64,000 nucleotides of DNA from Azolla caroliniana. Its lineage: Eukaryota > Plantae > Polypodiophyta. The first letter of the stretch is position 1. Each line of letters starts with the position of its first letter. This document shows positions 11,198-24,945 of the stretch, piece by piece. The stretch is taken from NCBI GenBank assembly GCA_043228905.1, contig JBHGNT010000020.1, forward strand, positions 9,300,001 through 9,364,000, in the 5' to 3' direction. A program made the translations under genes and the position numbers. Below the pieces are notes generated by a model. That model saw only the letters and a program-made list of their open reading frames with translations. It searched no databases and was not told the origin of the DNA.

Positions 11198-14100
11198 CTC
11201 ATGGGGTACTCACTCGAACAAAAGGGGTATAAGTGATAATAATCGTACTCGACCACAACCAAGTTTTCAAATGCTAATGGAAGATTAACAGAAAAAGGAC
11301 CGATGTACTTTCACAAGACAACAAGATGACACAAAATGTTTACGTGGAAAACCTCAAGAGGCAAAATCACAGGAGTTCACCAACTCCGAACAGAATCACT
11401 ATCGGAGAGAGTTACGACAATGCGAAACTTAGAGGCAACGACCTCGAGCTCTGTGTCTTCACCCAGCAGCGGTTACAACAAAAAAGCTTTATGTATCTCT
11501 CTCTCTCTCTTGCTCTGTATAACACAAGAAAATAATTACAACTATTACAAACTTACTATTGCCCTACTTATATTTATACATATATAACTGTAGGACTATT
11601 TACACATGTGACCTGAACAATCACATCGGAACATATTTACTAATATGTCCTCACTTCTGGTTCACACTGGATCCGATCCGGATACCTTTCGGATCCATCC
11701 GGTCTGGCTCATCCGATCCCATCTAGAGGGACTGGTTTCCTAACAAACTCCCTCTTCACTCCGGCATGGGATGTCTTGCCAACCCAATCCATCTCTGCCA
11801 TGCGTCCAACTTGTCGACTGACAACACCTTGGTCAGCATGTCTGACCCGTTCTCCTCAATGTGAATCTTCGTCAACGAAAAATATTTATCTTCTCCCTTC
11901 TCCCGGAACCAGTGATATCTTCTTTGAATGTGCTTGGTCCGGGAGTGATAGGCAACGTTCTTCGCAAGGTGGATGACACTTTGACTATCACAGTAGAGAG
12001 AAATTCCTCTTGCCGGATCCCTAACTCTCTGATGAAGTCCTTCATCGGGATTACTTCCTTGCCAGCTTCTACAACCGCCATGTACTCCGCTTCTGTTGTC
12101 GACGGTGCCACAAACTTCTGCAGCCTCGACTGCCACGATACAACTCCCTCGACATAAGTCATGACGTATCCGGATGTAAACCGGTTGGTATCTACATCAA
12201 CTGACATGTCTGAATCTGTAAAGCCTTCCAATAGGGGTTTACCTGAGCCAAATCGGAAGCACACACTCGAGGTGCCTTTCAGATACCAGAGTATCCACTT
12301 GACGGCTACCCAATGTTCCCTTCCTGGATTGCTCATGAACCGGCTGACCACTCCGACTGCATATCCGATGTCCGGCCAGGTACACACCATTGTGTACATC
12401 AAGCTTCCGACTCCTGAGGCATAAGGTACCTTCATCATCTCAGGTTTCTCCGTCTTTGTTTTCAGCCTTTGCTTTTCGGATAGCTTGCACTTTGCCGGAA
12501 GTGTCGACCCGACCGGCTTCGCCTCCTCCATGATGAACCTTTGGAGCATCTTCGTTACATACTTCTCCTGTGATAGCCACAATACCTTCTTCGTCTGGTC
12601 CCGGACTATGTGCATCCCCAATATCTGTCTCACCGGACCCAAATCTTTCATTGAGAAGGACTGGTTTAGGGCCTTCTTAAGCATCCCGATTTTGATGTGG
12701 TCCCGTCCGACGATCAACATGTCGTCCATGTACAACAAGAGTATTAGGAAGTCTCCTCCATCAAACTTCTTCACGAACACGCAATTGTCGGCTTGCATCT
12801 TGTGGTATCCTTGGTCGGTCATAAAGGAGTCGAACTTCCGGTACCATTTCCGGGGAGCTTGCTTCAATCCATATAAGCTCTTCTACAACATGCACACAAG
12901 GTTCTTCTTCCCTTCCTTGATGAATCCTTTCGGCTGTTGCATATATATCTCCTCTTCAAGGTCACCATGTAGGAATGCCATCTTGACATCCAGTTGCTCG
13001 ACCTCGAGGTCCATGCTTGCCGCTATGCTCAATACCGTATGGATGGATGTCATCTTCACTAATGGGGCAAAGATCTCGTCGAAATCCATTCCTTTATTTT
13101 GCTGGAAGCCCTTCACCAAAATGCGGGGTTTGTACCTCGGTGGATTTTCGGTGTCTCCCGGTTTCAACTTGTACACTCACTTGTTCCGGAGCACCCTCTT
13201 TCCTTTCGGCAACTCCGTCAATTCATATGTATGGTTTTCATGTAGGGAATCCATCTCATATTGCATGGCACTTAACCACTTGTGGTTGTGAGTGTCTTTC
13301 TTTGCTTCTTCGAAACGCTCCGGCTCCCCCTTGTCAGTCAGCAATACATGTTCTTCATTCGGAAATCTCTGAGGGGCTCTTCCTTTCTCTTAAAGGATAT
13401 CTCCATCCTTGATTTTCGGCCACCGGTTCTTCAGTTAGTTCTTCTTCCGAATCTGATTCGGGGTCTTGTTTGGTTCCGGCGTCCGATCCTTCTTCGGTCG
13501 GTTCGATTATTTGTCTGAGTCCGACCGATTCACTATGGTCTTCGATTGACATTGGGATTCCAACTGGATGGATCCTTGGATCTTCCAACCGATCTCTTTC
13601 GGTCGACCTGGAGGAGGCTATCTTCTTCTCCCGTTCAGTCAACGATGGTCTTGTCTTCCATGAAGACTATGTCCCTACTCCAGATCACCTTTTTTTCGGC
13701 TAGGTTCCACAACCGATAGATGTACTCATCATCACCGTACCCACGGAATATGCATGGCCGAGTTTTTGGGTCCAGTTTTCCCTGTTTGTCCTTTGCGATA
13801 TGCACATAAGAAAGACAACCAAACACCTTTAGATGCCGGTAAGAAACATCTTTACCGATCCATAATCTCTATGGTATGTATTCATTCGAGGGTGTTGAGG
13901 GTGATCTGTTTATCATGTATGTCGTTGTCGTAAACGGCTCATCACAAAACGCCTTGGACAACTTGGCATGTGTAAGCATACTCCAGACTCTTTCCATTAT
14001 GGTCCAGTTCATTCGCTCAGCCAACCCGTTAAGCTTTGCCGTCTTTGGCATGCTATACTCGAGCCGGATTCCCTTCGACCGACAGTACCCCTTGAATTTC

Positions 14101-14389
14101 CCATGGTATTTGCATCCGTTGTCCGCTCGGACTGCGTTCAGCTTCCAACCGATTTCTCTTTCTACTCTTGCATGGAACTCGTTGAAGACGGACAATACTT
14201 GGTCATCTATAAAAGTGACGAAGTACTGTGATCCGGCATGTGACTTCGTGTCCATGGAGCATACGTCGGTATGCACACGAGTTCAAGTAGTGCCTTCCGT
14301 CTCAATGGTGGTCTTGACAGGAAAGAGGTTCAGTTCTGCTTACCGGCGAAACAATCAGTGCACCTGTCATGAACATCAACTCGAATTTG

Positions 14390-16075
14390 AGCCTTAGGTC
14401 CTTGTATATGTATATTTCTCCTACAAAAACATTAGACTTTAAACCTTTGTATAAAGACCGGTATGTAAGACTCAATATGTAAGTCTCAGTATGTAAGACT
14501 TGGCATGCAAGAATTAGTATGCTTGATATTATAGTATGTAAGACTTGGCGTGAGCATGCTTATCATGTATCACTACATGTATAAAAAGGGTTGATCTCCC
14601 TTGTTAACATCAAGGAGATCAACACCAGTCATGAAATAGATATTCTTACTCATTGTCATCAATTTCTCCATCTCTCTATCTCATCAACTTTCCCATCTCT
14701 TTATCTTCCAACTGTTCATCCGTGACAGATTGATCTCCTTCCTTCTTTTTTGTCTTTCTTAACACACTATCATGTTTGAATCATCAGTATCCTTGAGAAA
14801 ATTTTGGCGGTCCTACAACAACTCCAACATGAGAATGCGAACTTGTGAAACTCTGTTCAAGAACTTCATGCAACCACAATGGTTATACCTCTCTCAATTC
14901 TTGACCCTTCTATTGTAGAATCCAATGTAAGCTTGCCAGACAAATTTGATGGAACAAGGTCATAGTTAAGAGGCTTCTGTTAGGAAATAGGTCCCTCCGG
15001 ATGGGAAGTGAAAAGAACAATGATGATGAGAAAACTCGGTCGAGGCCGATAGGCCTCGTCCGGAACAGGATGACGAGTACCCGGCAATGGAAGACCCGGT
15101 GAGAACCGGATGACGAGTACTCGGCAAGAGCCGGATGGTGAAGACCTGGTGAGAACCGGATGTGGAGTACCCAACAACGGAAGACCCGGTGAGAACCGGA
15201 TGACGTGTGCCCGGCAAGAGCCGGATGATGCAGGCCCGGTGAGGAGTGCTCACCGGATGAAGGGACATATTCGTAAATATGTTTCTGAGAGTCCATCAGG
15301 GCTATATTTGTAAATAGCCGAAAAGTCATATTAGTATAAATATGACTTAGGGCAAACTTAGTATTGGTTGGTTGTCATTCTTGTTGGTTCAAGATTAGAG
15401 TGCGTAACTGTGTACAGAGAGAGTGAGAGAGAGAAAGAGGTTTGCCTCTGTTGTAACCGCCGCCTGTGGCGAAGATAGCAAGCTCGAGGTCGTTGCTTTG
15501 GTGCTTTACTATTGTACATTCTGATATAGTGATAGTTTGCAGTCTGTGGGCTGCCGTGGTTTTTCCCTAGTTTGGGTTTTCCACGTAAACATCCTGTGTA
15601 CTCTTCTCTTCACTGTGTCGTGCGTTCATTACCCGTTTTTTGTGTTTTATGAGGCTCGGTTGTGGTCGAGCGTTGTTCATCGGGAGCGTGTGTTCCTGTC
15701 AGCTTCATCAACCAAATCCGCCTTATTATTCGCCTTCAGCCTTGACGATATTCTGATGGCTTTCAACAAGTTGGGCTCATTGGCACGTTGCTGACAAGAC
15801 AAGTGCAAGCCTGGTTTGCCCCGCTTGTGGAGACCTCTTCGCCTCTCTTGAATGACTTCCAAGCATTTCTTACGAATTTGAGGCAACTTTTGGGGAGACC
15901 GACAAACGGCGAGCCGCACTCAACAAACTATATGCGTTACAACAAGGAGAACGTGCGGCATCAATTGATGCATCTGAATTTCGTTAGTTTGCGTGCGATG
16001 TCGAATGGGATGGACAAGCCCTCCTCGATCAATTCCGTTGAGGATTATGAGGTGAGATAAAAAATCTATGTATTG
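14390..16075 (+). mobile_element. Truncated gypsy (Tcn1-like) LTR and gag fragment nested in copia C
   Basis: LTR-like block ending ...ccgtgaca at ~14727, then gag motifs LPDKFDGTRS*LRGF / INQIRLII / QAWFAPLVETSSPLLNDFQAFL. Boundaries are approximate. Confidence 0.7.
14978..15701 (+). mobile_element. Solo LTR (724 bp) inserted in the gypsy gag
   Basis: tgttagg...ctgtca ends, perfect TSD GCTTC, TATA (tataaata ~15335). Same family as 22392-23036. Confidence 0.93.
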
Positions 16076-17672
16076 ATCTTCCGGGCTCGGGCCACCATCA
16101 GGCCTCCTCTACAAAACTTCATTGTGCCGTTCTGGATGCTACCCGTGTCGCCTTCATCGTCTAGTCGACTGGCTAAGATAAGGTTCATTCGAACCTCTGG
16201 ATTGTATCAAACATCTTTCAATGGTAGTTTGCACCCGGTTGATGTTGTCAGCCACACATCTCCTATGCTGACAATTCGGCATGCGCCTTCATTCCCCATC
16301 CTTACACAACCGTGATTTCCGGCTCTGTAAGATGAGAAGCACTTCCAGTCGTGGGTCAGATGGAACGATGCTCTAGAGTCGACCACCCATATTGATTCAA
16401 TGCTAACCAGGTGCAACTTACTCTCCTCAGTTATTAGTAGTAGTTCCTCTTCACTTGTTGTGATTGCCGATGTTCCTTTCCTCTTCGAAATCTTCTTCGG
16501 TTAGAGGTCGTCGGCTCCCCTTTTTGCTTTCTTGAAGTGTCAGCAATTCTTTTGGAAATGCCCCAGTTTCCCTCAGTAGATACAGGTAGGCTTCCCCCTT
16601 GACTTCAGCCTTGTTCCCAACTTCTCCCGGCTCAGAGGACTTCTATTCTGGCCTCGTCCCCAATTTGAATCATTTTCCATAACTAAGGCCTTTGGGTCGA
16701 TTCCGGACTCTCGGCCCTTCCAGCGAGCTTCCTCATTCAGGAAGCTTGATTTTACTCTCACTAGGGACAAGTTCTTCTTTTCCAGTCCTGCGTTTCCCAA
16801 CGTAATGACCAACGTCTCCTAGCTATCGAGAAGGGATCTAAGTAGTAACAATGCCAATACCTCGTTGGCTAACGATACTTCGTGCGAGGTAGTCTGGTTT
16901 ATTAGCCCCTGGACCCATCTTGATATCGGAGTCTCACTATTTTTCGAAATAAAGAGACTCGATTCATTGCATTCTTGTTCTCCAGCATAGTACCAATCTT
17001 CGCCCAGAGTTCATGACCCTTGTTCTCTTTAATGAAGTTGTTGTATAGGCTCATGTTGATGAAGCAATGAATGTATGTCGTCATATTCAGATGCATTATC
17101 TCCTAGGTTGCGGCATCAATCTTGTCCAGACTTTTGTCTCCAAACTGCACCGACAGCCAGAGATCATTGACCACTAGCATGTCCCTCATCTTTGACTTCG
17201 ACACTGGGTAGTTGGAGCCAATAAGCTTGAACAGGCCACCAAATGACTCTTGCATTGTTTGACACAGAATGTTTCCATGGAAAACCTCGAGAGGCAAAAA
17301 CATGGGAGTTCACAAACTCTGAACTGAATCACTATTGGAGAGAGTTACTACAATGAGAAACTTAGAGGCAATGACCTCGAGCTCTGTGTCTTCGCCAACT
17401 AACAGTTACAATAGAAAAAGCTTTATGTATCTCTCTCTCTCTCTCTCTCTCTCTTAGTATAACACACGAGAAAACATTACAACAACCACAAACTTAATAT
17501 TGCCCTAGTTATATTAATACATATATAACTGTAGGAATATTTACAAATGTGACCTCAACAGTCACATCAAAACATATTTACTAATATGTCCTCACTTCTG
17601 ATTCACACCGGGTCCGATCTGGATACCTTCCGGATCCATCCGATCCCATCTGGAGGGACCGGTTTCCCAACA

Positions 17673-17920
17673 TGGTCCACATATATCTGTGTGGACAAGT
17701 TCTAGGGGTTGTCGTACCATCTCGTAGTGGAGAGAGAGCATACTTCAGGCTTGTTTCCCATAACGACAATGCTTGCAGAAGTCCGTCTTCATTTGGAGTT
17801 TCGGGATGTAGGCGATCACCATCAGTAGGTCCAGTCCGGCTTGTGACTTATGGCCGAGTCGTCCATGCCATAAGTTTGAATTAGACGATTCGGTTACGTT
17901 CACGATACCCTTTGGATTGA
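17673..17920 (-). mobile_element. Copia GAG-pre-integrase / integrase N-terminal fragment D
   Basis: Minus-strand LWHGRLGH...FCKHCRYGKQ...PLELVHTDICGP. Confidence 0.8.
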
Positions 17921-17947
17921 TCGCGCTCTGATACCATGTAGAAACAA

Positions 17948-20900
17948 AGAGCGCGAGGGTTGAGAACCTCTGCAGCCGACATTCTCTTTCGCAAGAAGAA
18001 AACCTAACCTTTGTAAAGAACAAAAAAAAACAAATGGATAGAGGAATGGCTAGCTCGCTCCCGGTGGAGAAGCTCGACAGATCCAACTACGCATCTTGGT
18101 CATACAAGATGCACCAATACCTGCTTAGGCATCGTTACTGGAGCTATGTCCACGGAGCTAATGACACAACACCTGATGTGGCACACAAGGACTTCCCGGT
18201 GTGGGAACAATCGGTAAGCAGAGTCATGTACTGCTTTGCGTCCAGTGTCGGAGACCAGCTGCTGAGCCACGTCTGAGATGCCAAGACGCCGAAAGAGGCT
18301 TGGGGAAACCTGAAGAAGGTGTTCGCCGCAAGCACTACAGCTCGGAAGCTGCAACTCCGACAGGAGTTGAGCAATGTCCGGAAGAAGGACATGACGGTGG
18401 CTGATTACACGGCCCAAATCAAAGAGATCTATGACTCGCTTGCCTCTATCAACGTCACAGTAGAGGAAGACTACTTGGTACAGGTCTGTCTTGGGGGCCT
18501 GGCGTCTAAGTTCTGAGCTTTCCGGACAACAATATGTACGAGGGAGAATACACAGTCATTTTTCGACTTACAGTCGATGCTCCTTGTAGAGGAGAACCAC
18601 GCTGGTGCGTCAACAAGTGCACCCACAGACAGCCGGATGTTGTACACGGAGGCGGATTGGCCCCTGTGGGCGTGGTGGACGAGGTGGGTCGGCACGCATT
18701 GGAGGCGGTCGGCAAGGGCAAGGCCGACGACACAGAGACTGTGCCGACAGCAGTTCCGGGACCTCCACAACCAAGGGGAGTCAAGGTGGCGCCGGAGGCC
18801 AGCAAGACAAATCCGCCACGGAATGCTGGTACTGTGGTAAAAAGGGCCACAAAGAAAGCGAGTGCTAGAAGAAGCGCGCCGAGTCGGACGAATCCGGACC
18901 TGGCAGAGAGAACCGGCAATACTCGCACTACGCAGAAGGATCGGGAGGATCCAAAACCGGAAAAGCCGGTAAAGGGCCAGCCTTGGTGATGAAACACGAG
19001 GCTAACTCGATGAAGAAGACCACTTCCACATCGGAGGAAGTGTGGTACGTTGATTTCGGTGCATCAAATCACATGACGAACCACAAAGAGTGGTTCTCCT
19101 TCCTGGAGACACCGGAACAACCGGGAGTTGTCGAAACCGGAGACGACACTCCTCACCCAATCGTGCATATCGGTGAAGTCCCTTTGAGCCACGTCGAACA
19201 GAGGGGGAAGCTGATGAACGTATTACACGTTCCGACTATCACGAAGAACCTGGTGTCGGTCGGACAAATCGTCGACCAGGGAATGCAGGTGCGGTTTACG
19301 CACCTCGGGTGCTTCATCGAGGAGGAGGGCCAGATTCTTGCACAAGGGCGTAGAGACGAGAGGATGTTCATCCTCGACACCAATGACGTCAACATCGCTT
19401 TGTTCGCCAAAGGACAAAAGATTGAATCGGACATCGATCTCTGGCACAAGCGGATCAGCCACGTCAATTACCGGAGGCTTCAAGACCTGCAAACGAAACA
19501 AATTGTTTTCGGTTTGCCGAATTCAGTGGCCGGAAGACCCAAGTATGTGAAGCCTGCCAACTCGGGAAGCAACACCGGCTTCCATTCCCCACCGAACGAA
19601 ATCGTAGTCGTAACAAGATCGACCTTATTCATTCGGATGTATGGGGACCGGCACAGAACGTGAGTCTTGGTGGGAGTCGATACTTCGTCTCCTTCATCGA
19701 CGACTATAGCCAGCACACATGGATCTACCTCATTGAGCGGAAGAGCGAAGTCTTCGACTGTTTCCGGAACCTCCAAAGCATGGTGGAACAGGAATTGGAG
19801 AGGAAGATCAAGTGCATGTGGTCAGATGGCGGGAAAGAATATTTTTCCGGCCAATTCAATAATTATTTGCAACAAACAGGATTTCGGAGAGAGTTCAGCT
19901 ACAGATACACACAGGAGCAAAACAGTGTGGCCGAAAGGAAGAATCGGTCGCTTGTCGACGCGGCAAGGGAATGCTGGAAGAGAAGAGCATGCCCCATTTC
20001 TAGTGGGCGGAGGCGGTCCGGACGGCCGTCTACATCCAAAACCGGATTGGTGACAAGGTGTCCACGCATGAGCTATATTTCGGGCGCAAGCCGAACTTGA
20101 GACACCTTCTGATTTTTAGCAGCATAACATATGTGCATGTTTCAGATGAGAAGCGAAGGAAGCTGGATGCAAAATCGGAGAAGTGCATCCTCGTCGGCTA
20201 CTCACATGAGTAAAAGGGGTATAAGTGTTATAACCCCCGGACGAAGCAGGTCCGAGTTAGTCGAGATGTTGAGTTTGATGAGACGGCATCATGGTATGCC
20301 TTACCGTCTCCAACTTCCGACCCTGACCTGATACCGGAGGATGAAGCTAGTGAGCCTGAACCGGTCCAGATAGAAGATGATGAATCCGGGATTCAAGAAG
20401 AGAGTCCGGAATCGTTTCGGTTAAGTGGGCCGAACGAGAGACTGGGTCAATCCGACCAGTCAGAAGAGGAACCAGCGAGTAGTGAGGACTCTGTCGTGCT
20501 TTCCCCGCGCAAGGAACCGAGGAGACGGTTCACCCGCAAAGAGAAGGGGAAGAAGAAGATGCCGGATTATGAAACCGGTAATGACGAGTCGGATCAGAGC
20601 GGATCCGACTCCGGAAAGAAAAATGACGGTTCTTCGGCACTGAAGACCGAACCGGCCAAGAAGGGCCTGAAACCGGGTAACGGTGGGTTACACCGGTCAA
20701 CCCGCCAGAAGGAACCTGTTAAGCTGTACGGGTACAATGAGTACACGGCGCATCACTATGTGTACATGACCAAGGTGGCGGAAGTGCGTGAGCCGGAGAG
20801 CTACGCAGAAGCGGGAAGGGATGCAAATTGGTGTGCTGTTATGGAGGAAGAGATGCGGGCACTTGATGCCAATGAGACATGGGACTTGGTTGACCCTCCC

Positions 20901-23900
20901 CGTCATTGTAAACCGATCGGATGCAAGTGGGTGTACAAGGTAAAGTACAACGCCGACGGTTCAGTTAATCGGTACAAGGCCCGGTTAGTGGCGAAGGGAT
21001 ACGCGAAGACCTACAGAATCAACTACAACGAGACCTTCGCTCCGGTAGCGAAGATGACAACAGTTCGTGTGGTGTTGGCGGTTGTTGTGGCAAGGGAGTG
21101 CCATCTTCACCAGATGGATGTGAAGAATTCATTTCTTCAAGGCGATCTAGAAGAAGAGGTCTTTCTGACCCAACCTCCCAGTTTTCAATCGAAAATGAAC
21201 AAGTCGGTTGTATGCCGGCTAAAGAAGTCACTTTATGGCCTGAAACAAGCCTCCCGAGCTTGGAATGCGAAGATTACGCACCAGTTGCGTAAGTTGGGGT
21301 TTGCGGCCTCCAAGTTCGACTCTTCATTGTTCATCTAACAAGGTCCGGACGGTCTGGTTTGCATCTTGTTGTATGTTGATGATCTAGTCATCACCGGACC
21401 CAGACTCGATGAAATCCGCCGAGTCAAGTCCCAGCTGTCAGACGCATTTGAGATGAAGGACCTGGGGGACCTTCACTATTTCCTTGGGATAGAGGTGATC
21501 CAAACCCCCGACGACATATTCCTCTCACAAAGACACTATGTGTTGAATATGTTGTACAAGTTCGGCATGACAGAATGTCGACTTGTCTCTACACCCTTGG
21601 ACCGGAAACAGAAGCTATGTCCCAACTCCGGACCAGCCTGCGATGAGAAACGGTTCTGACAAATTGTCAGAAGCCTTATATATTTGACCATCACCCGACC
21701 TGACATAAGCTATCCGGTCGGTGTGATTAGCCAATTCATGTAGAAGCTGACCGTAGAGAATCTTCAGTGCGCGCACCGAATACTGCGGTATGTGAGTGGC
21801 ACGAAGGACCGGGGACTGTTATACTGGCGAGGTATGACCGAAGAGCTAGTCGGCTACACAAATGTTGATTGGGCCGGCGATGCATCAGATCGTCGTTCAA
21901 CTTCCAGCTATATGTTTTCCCTTGGTAGCGTGGCTGTTGTGTGGAGCAGCAAAAAGCAGCCAACAGTGGCTCTATCGAGCACTGAGGCTGAGTATCGGGG
22001 CGCTACCGTTGCCACTTGTGAAGCCATTTGGCTTCAGCGACTGTTGCAAGACCTGCGGATTGAGGTGCCGACCCCGATCCTGATCTACTGCGACAACATA
22101 AGCAGCATGCAGCTCGCCAAGAATCCTGTATTTCATCCTCGCACAAAGCACATCGAAGTGCATTACCACTTCGTGCGTGAGCGTGTCCTGAGCGGTGAAG
22201 TTGAACTTTGGTATGTTCATACGGATCGTTGCCGACATCTTCACCAAACCGCTTGGATCGGACAAGTTGCAGCACTTCACCGAAATGCTTGGTGTTCAGC
22301 ATCTCGACATGCCACACTTGAGGGGGAGAACGTGCAAAGACACCAGAACGGGCAAAGGCAAAGAGACTTCTGATTGCGCCGGTGAGGGAAGTGTTAGGAA
22401 ACAGGTCCCTCCAGATGGGAAGTGAGAAGAAGAACAGTACTGATGGGAAACCGGATGAGGAGTTCGGCCTCGGCCGAAACCGGATGAGGAGTACCCGACT
22501 ACGGAAGACACGGTGAGAACCGGATGACATGTGCCCGGCAAGCGCCGGATGATGCAAGCACGGTGAGGAGTGCTCACCGGATGAAGGGACATGTTCGTAA
22601 ATATGTTTCTGAGAGTCCATTGGGGCTATATTTGTAAATAGCTGAAAAGTCATATTAGTATAAATTTGACTTAGGGCAAACTTTATGTTGGTAATGCGTG
22701 GTCATTTCTTGTTGGTGCAAGATTTGAGAGCGTAATTGTGTACAGAGAGAGAGAGAGAGAGGAAGAGGTCGTTGCCTCTGTTGTAACCGTCGCCTATGGC
22801 GAAGATAGAAAGCTCAAGGTTGTTGCCTCCGTGCTTTACTGTTGTACATTGTAACATAATGATAGTTTGCAGCCTGTGGGCTGCCGTGGTTTTTCCCTAG
22901 TTTGGGTTTGCCACGGAAACATCCTGTGTACTCTTCTCTTCACTGTGTCGTGCATTCAGTATCCGTTTTTTGTGTTTGATCCTAGCCTCGGTTGTGGCCG
23001 AGCGTTGTTCATCCGGAGCATGTGTTCCTCCTGTCAGGAAGAACCGATAAAGGGAGAGACAAGAAGAAGAAAGGAGCCGAGTCGACAAAGGAAGTTGACA
23101 CATCCGAACAAGTCGGAACAAGCGGCAGCGGAGGTAGAGTCAAGAAGGACAGAGCCGACCGGAAGAGGAAGGCCAAGACCCAGACCTGGTCCGATGTGGT
23201 GAAGGGTCTGGAACTGGAAGATGAATCGGGAGCAACCGATTCGGACAAGAGCTGGAACGAATAAGAGACAACCGATTTGGTTCTACAGAAGGATTCGAAA
23301 GAATCGGATCAATTCAAGGCCAAGAGGACGAGAAGGCAGCAAAAGTCGACGTCGACACGAAGGGATCGGCGAATCGGCAAAAGCCAAAGTCACAACAGCG
23401 AGGGAGTTGAATTAGGCCTGTTGAGCAGACAAGCCGACCAAGGAAGTGGAGGTGCGCAGGAATAGAAGGGTCGCGGCAAACGGGACCGCACTGGACGAGG
23501 AGCGCGAGCGAGGCGGAGTGACACTAGAAGGAGCCAGGTGGAAGGACCGGCTACCATGGAGACTGATACTACGATCTGACCTCAAGTTGAGCTTGAGGGG
23601 GAGTGTTGAGCGGCAAGCTCAACCGGATCCGGATCGGCATCCAAAAGGATGAACCGGTGAGCAAGTGAGCCGGTGAGCTGGGGAGCTGGTTAGCTGGATC
23701 AAGCAGTAACCGGAAGCCAAGTAGCAACTAGTCTACTAGGGAGTTAATATCTCCTAGTTAGTGTCAGACGCTCGTGTGAGCATTGAAGTACACAGTACTT
23801 CTGTCAGTCCGTATGGACTTGTATAAAAGTGCTCATTGAGCACATCCTATGTACAGATTGAGTAGTATTTTTTAATTGAGTTTCTGTATGTTCTATCTCT

Positions 23901-23987
23901 GTCTCTCCCGCGTACTGTTAAGCTCTCCATTAAACTTGTTTTCTGTTTTCTGTTTTCGATTGCTTCCGGACGCTATTTGTTTCTACA
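17948..23987 (+). mobile_element. Decayed Ty1/copia element E (same family as B; 5' LTR lost; 3' LTR 23604-23987)
   Basis: Gag starts MDRGMASSLPVEKLDRSNYASWSYK at 18034. PR, IN, RT and RH motifs are collinear with B. PPT gagcttgagggggag precedes the LTR tgttga...tctaca. Confidence 0.93.
22392..23036 (+). mobile_element. Solo LTR (645 bp) inserted in the 3' extension of copia E
   Basis: tgttagg...ctgtca ends, perfect TSD GGAAG (22387-22391 and 23037-23041). Homologous to 14978-15701. Confidence 0.93.
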
Positions 23988-24945
23988 TTTTTCTTCTGTC
24001 ATATTCTTTGTGTTATTTGCCGAACACATAACCTACAAGTCCTTACTTACTTCTGCGCATTCATTCCATCAAGTGGTATTAGAGCGACTTGTTCAATGAC
24101 AATGAAAGCAACATAGGAAGCTGAAAAAGAAGACAAGGTCAAAAAAATAAATCTCACTTTCAAAAAGGAACATGGCTTCAACATCCGGAACAGGAGTTGA
24201 AATCCGAAAGTTCGATGGCAAAATTTTTGCTTTCTAGGATGTGCTGATCATTATAAGACAAGTAGAAGCCATTTGACATAACGAAAAGCCCGCTTCGATG
24301 ACAACCGAAAAATGAAGATCCATAGACGAAATCGCGCGATCCACCATCCGAATGCACCTGGCCAAAAATGCCTACTTCAGCATGGCCAAGGAGACAACAA
24401 CTTTCTCGTTATGGGAGAAGTTGCATGCAATGTACGAAAAGATGTCCTCCTCATCGGAACTCATATTGATTCGACATCTATTCCATATGAAGATTAGAGA
24501 GTCGAATCCTGCAACCTCCCACATCAACACCTTCAGTCGGGTGTTATCTGAACTCTCCTTGCAAGGGATTAACTTCAAAGAAGAAGTTTAAAGCCTTTGC
24601 CCTCCTATCGAGCTTGCCGACAAGTTGGGAGGTATTCTGCACGACATTTGCCAATAGCCGTCCGATCCTAAATCTAGATGAGACGATCGGCCAAGTCCTC
24701 ACCGAGGATATTCGGCGAAAATTGATGGGACTCACCATCGACGAATCAGCAGAAGCCCACCACTCGATTGAGACAATCGACCGACCGAGTCGATCAGGAG
24801 AACAAGCCAATAGAACCGGTCAAAATCATAGTCGATAAAAACAAGGGGTGACCGGTCGAAGTTGAGAACGAGGCAATCAGGCGAATTCTGCACCCACTGC
24901 AGAAAAGCCGGTCACAATGTTTTTGATTGTTGGTCGATCAAGAGG
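23988..24945 (+). mobile_element. Copia element F fragment (LTR remnant, Met PBS ~24074, gag with zinc knuckle)
   Basis: ccatca-ag-TGGTATTAGAGC, then MASTSGTGVEIRKFDG, LWEKLHAMYEK, LLSSLPTSWEVF and FCTHCRKAGHNVFDC. Confidence 0.8.

Larger units (their letters stand above)
11272..17672 (-). mobile_element. Decayed Ty1/copia element C (different family; LTRs ~11272-11745 and truncated ~17260-17672)
   Basis: PPT agtgaagagggag next to 11745. RT/RH motifs (LLYMDDMLIVG, YCDSQSVIHLAKN), integrase (YFVTFIDD, NGLAERMN), protease (WVVDSRASFH) and gag fragments. The two LTR copies align. The left boundary is approximate. Confidence 0.88.

Noticed and set aside
12485-14397. 268-aa and 173-aa plus-strand ORFs
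   Set aside because: They are antisense shadows of copia C RT and integrase.
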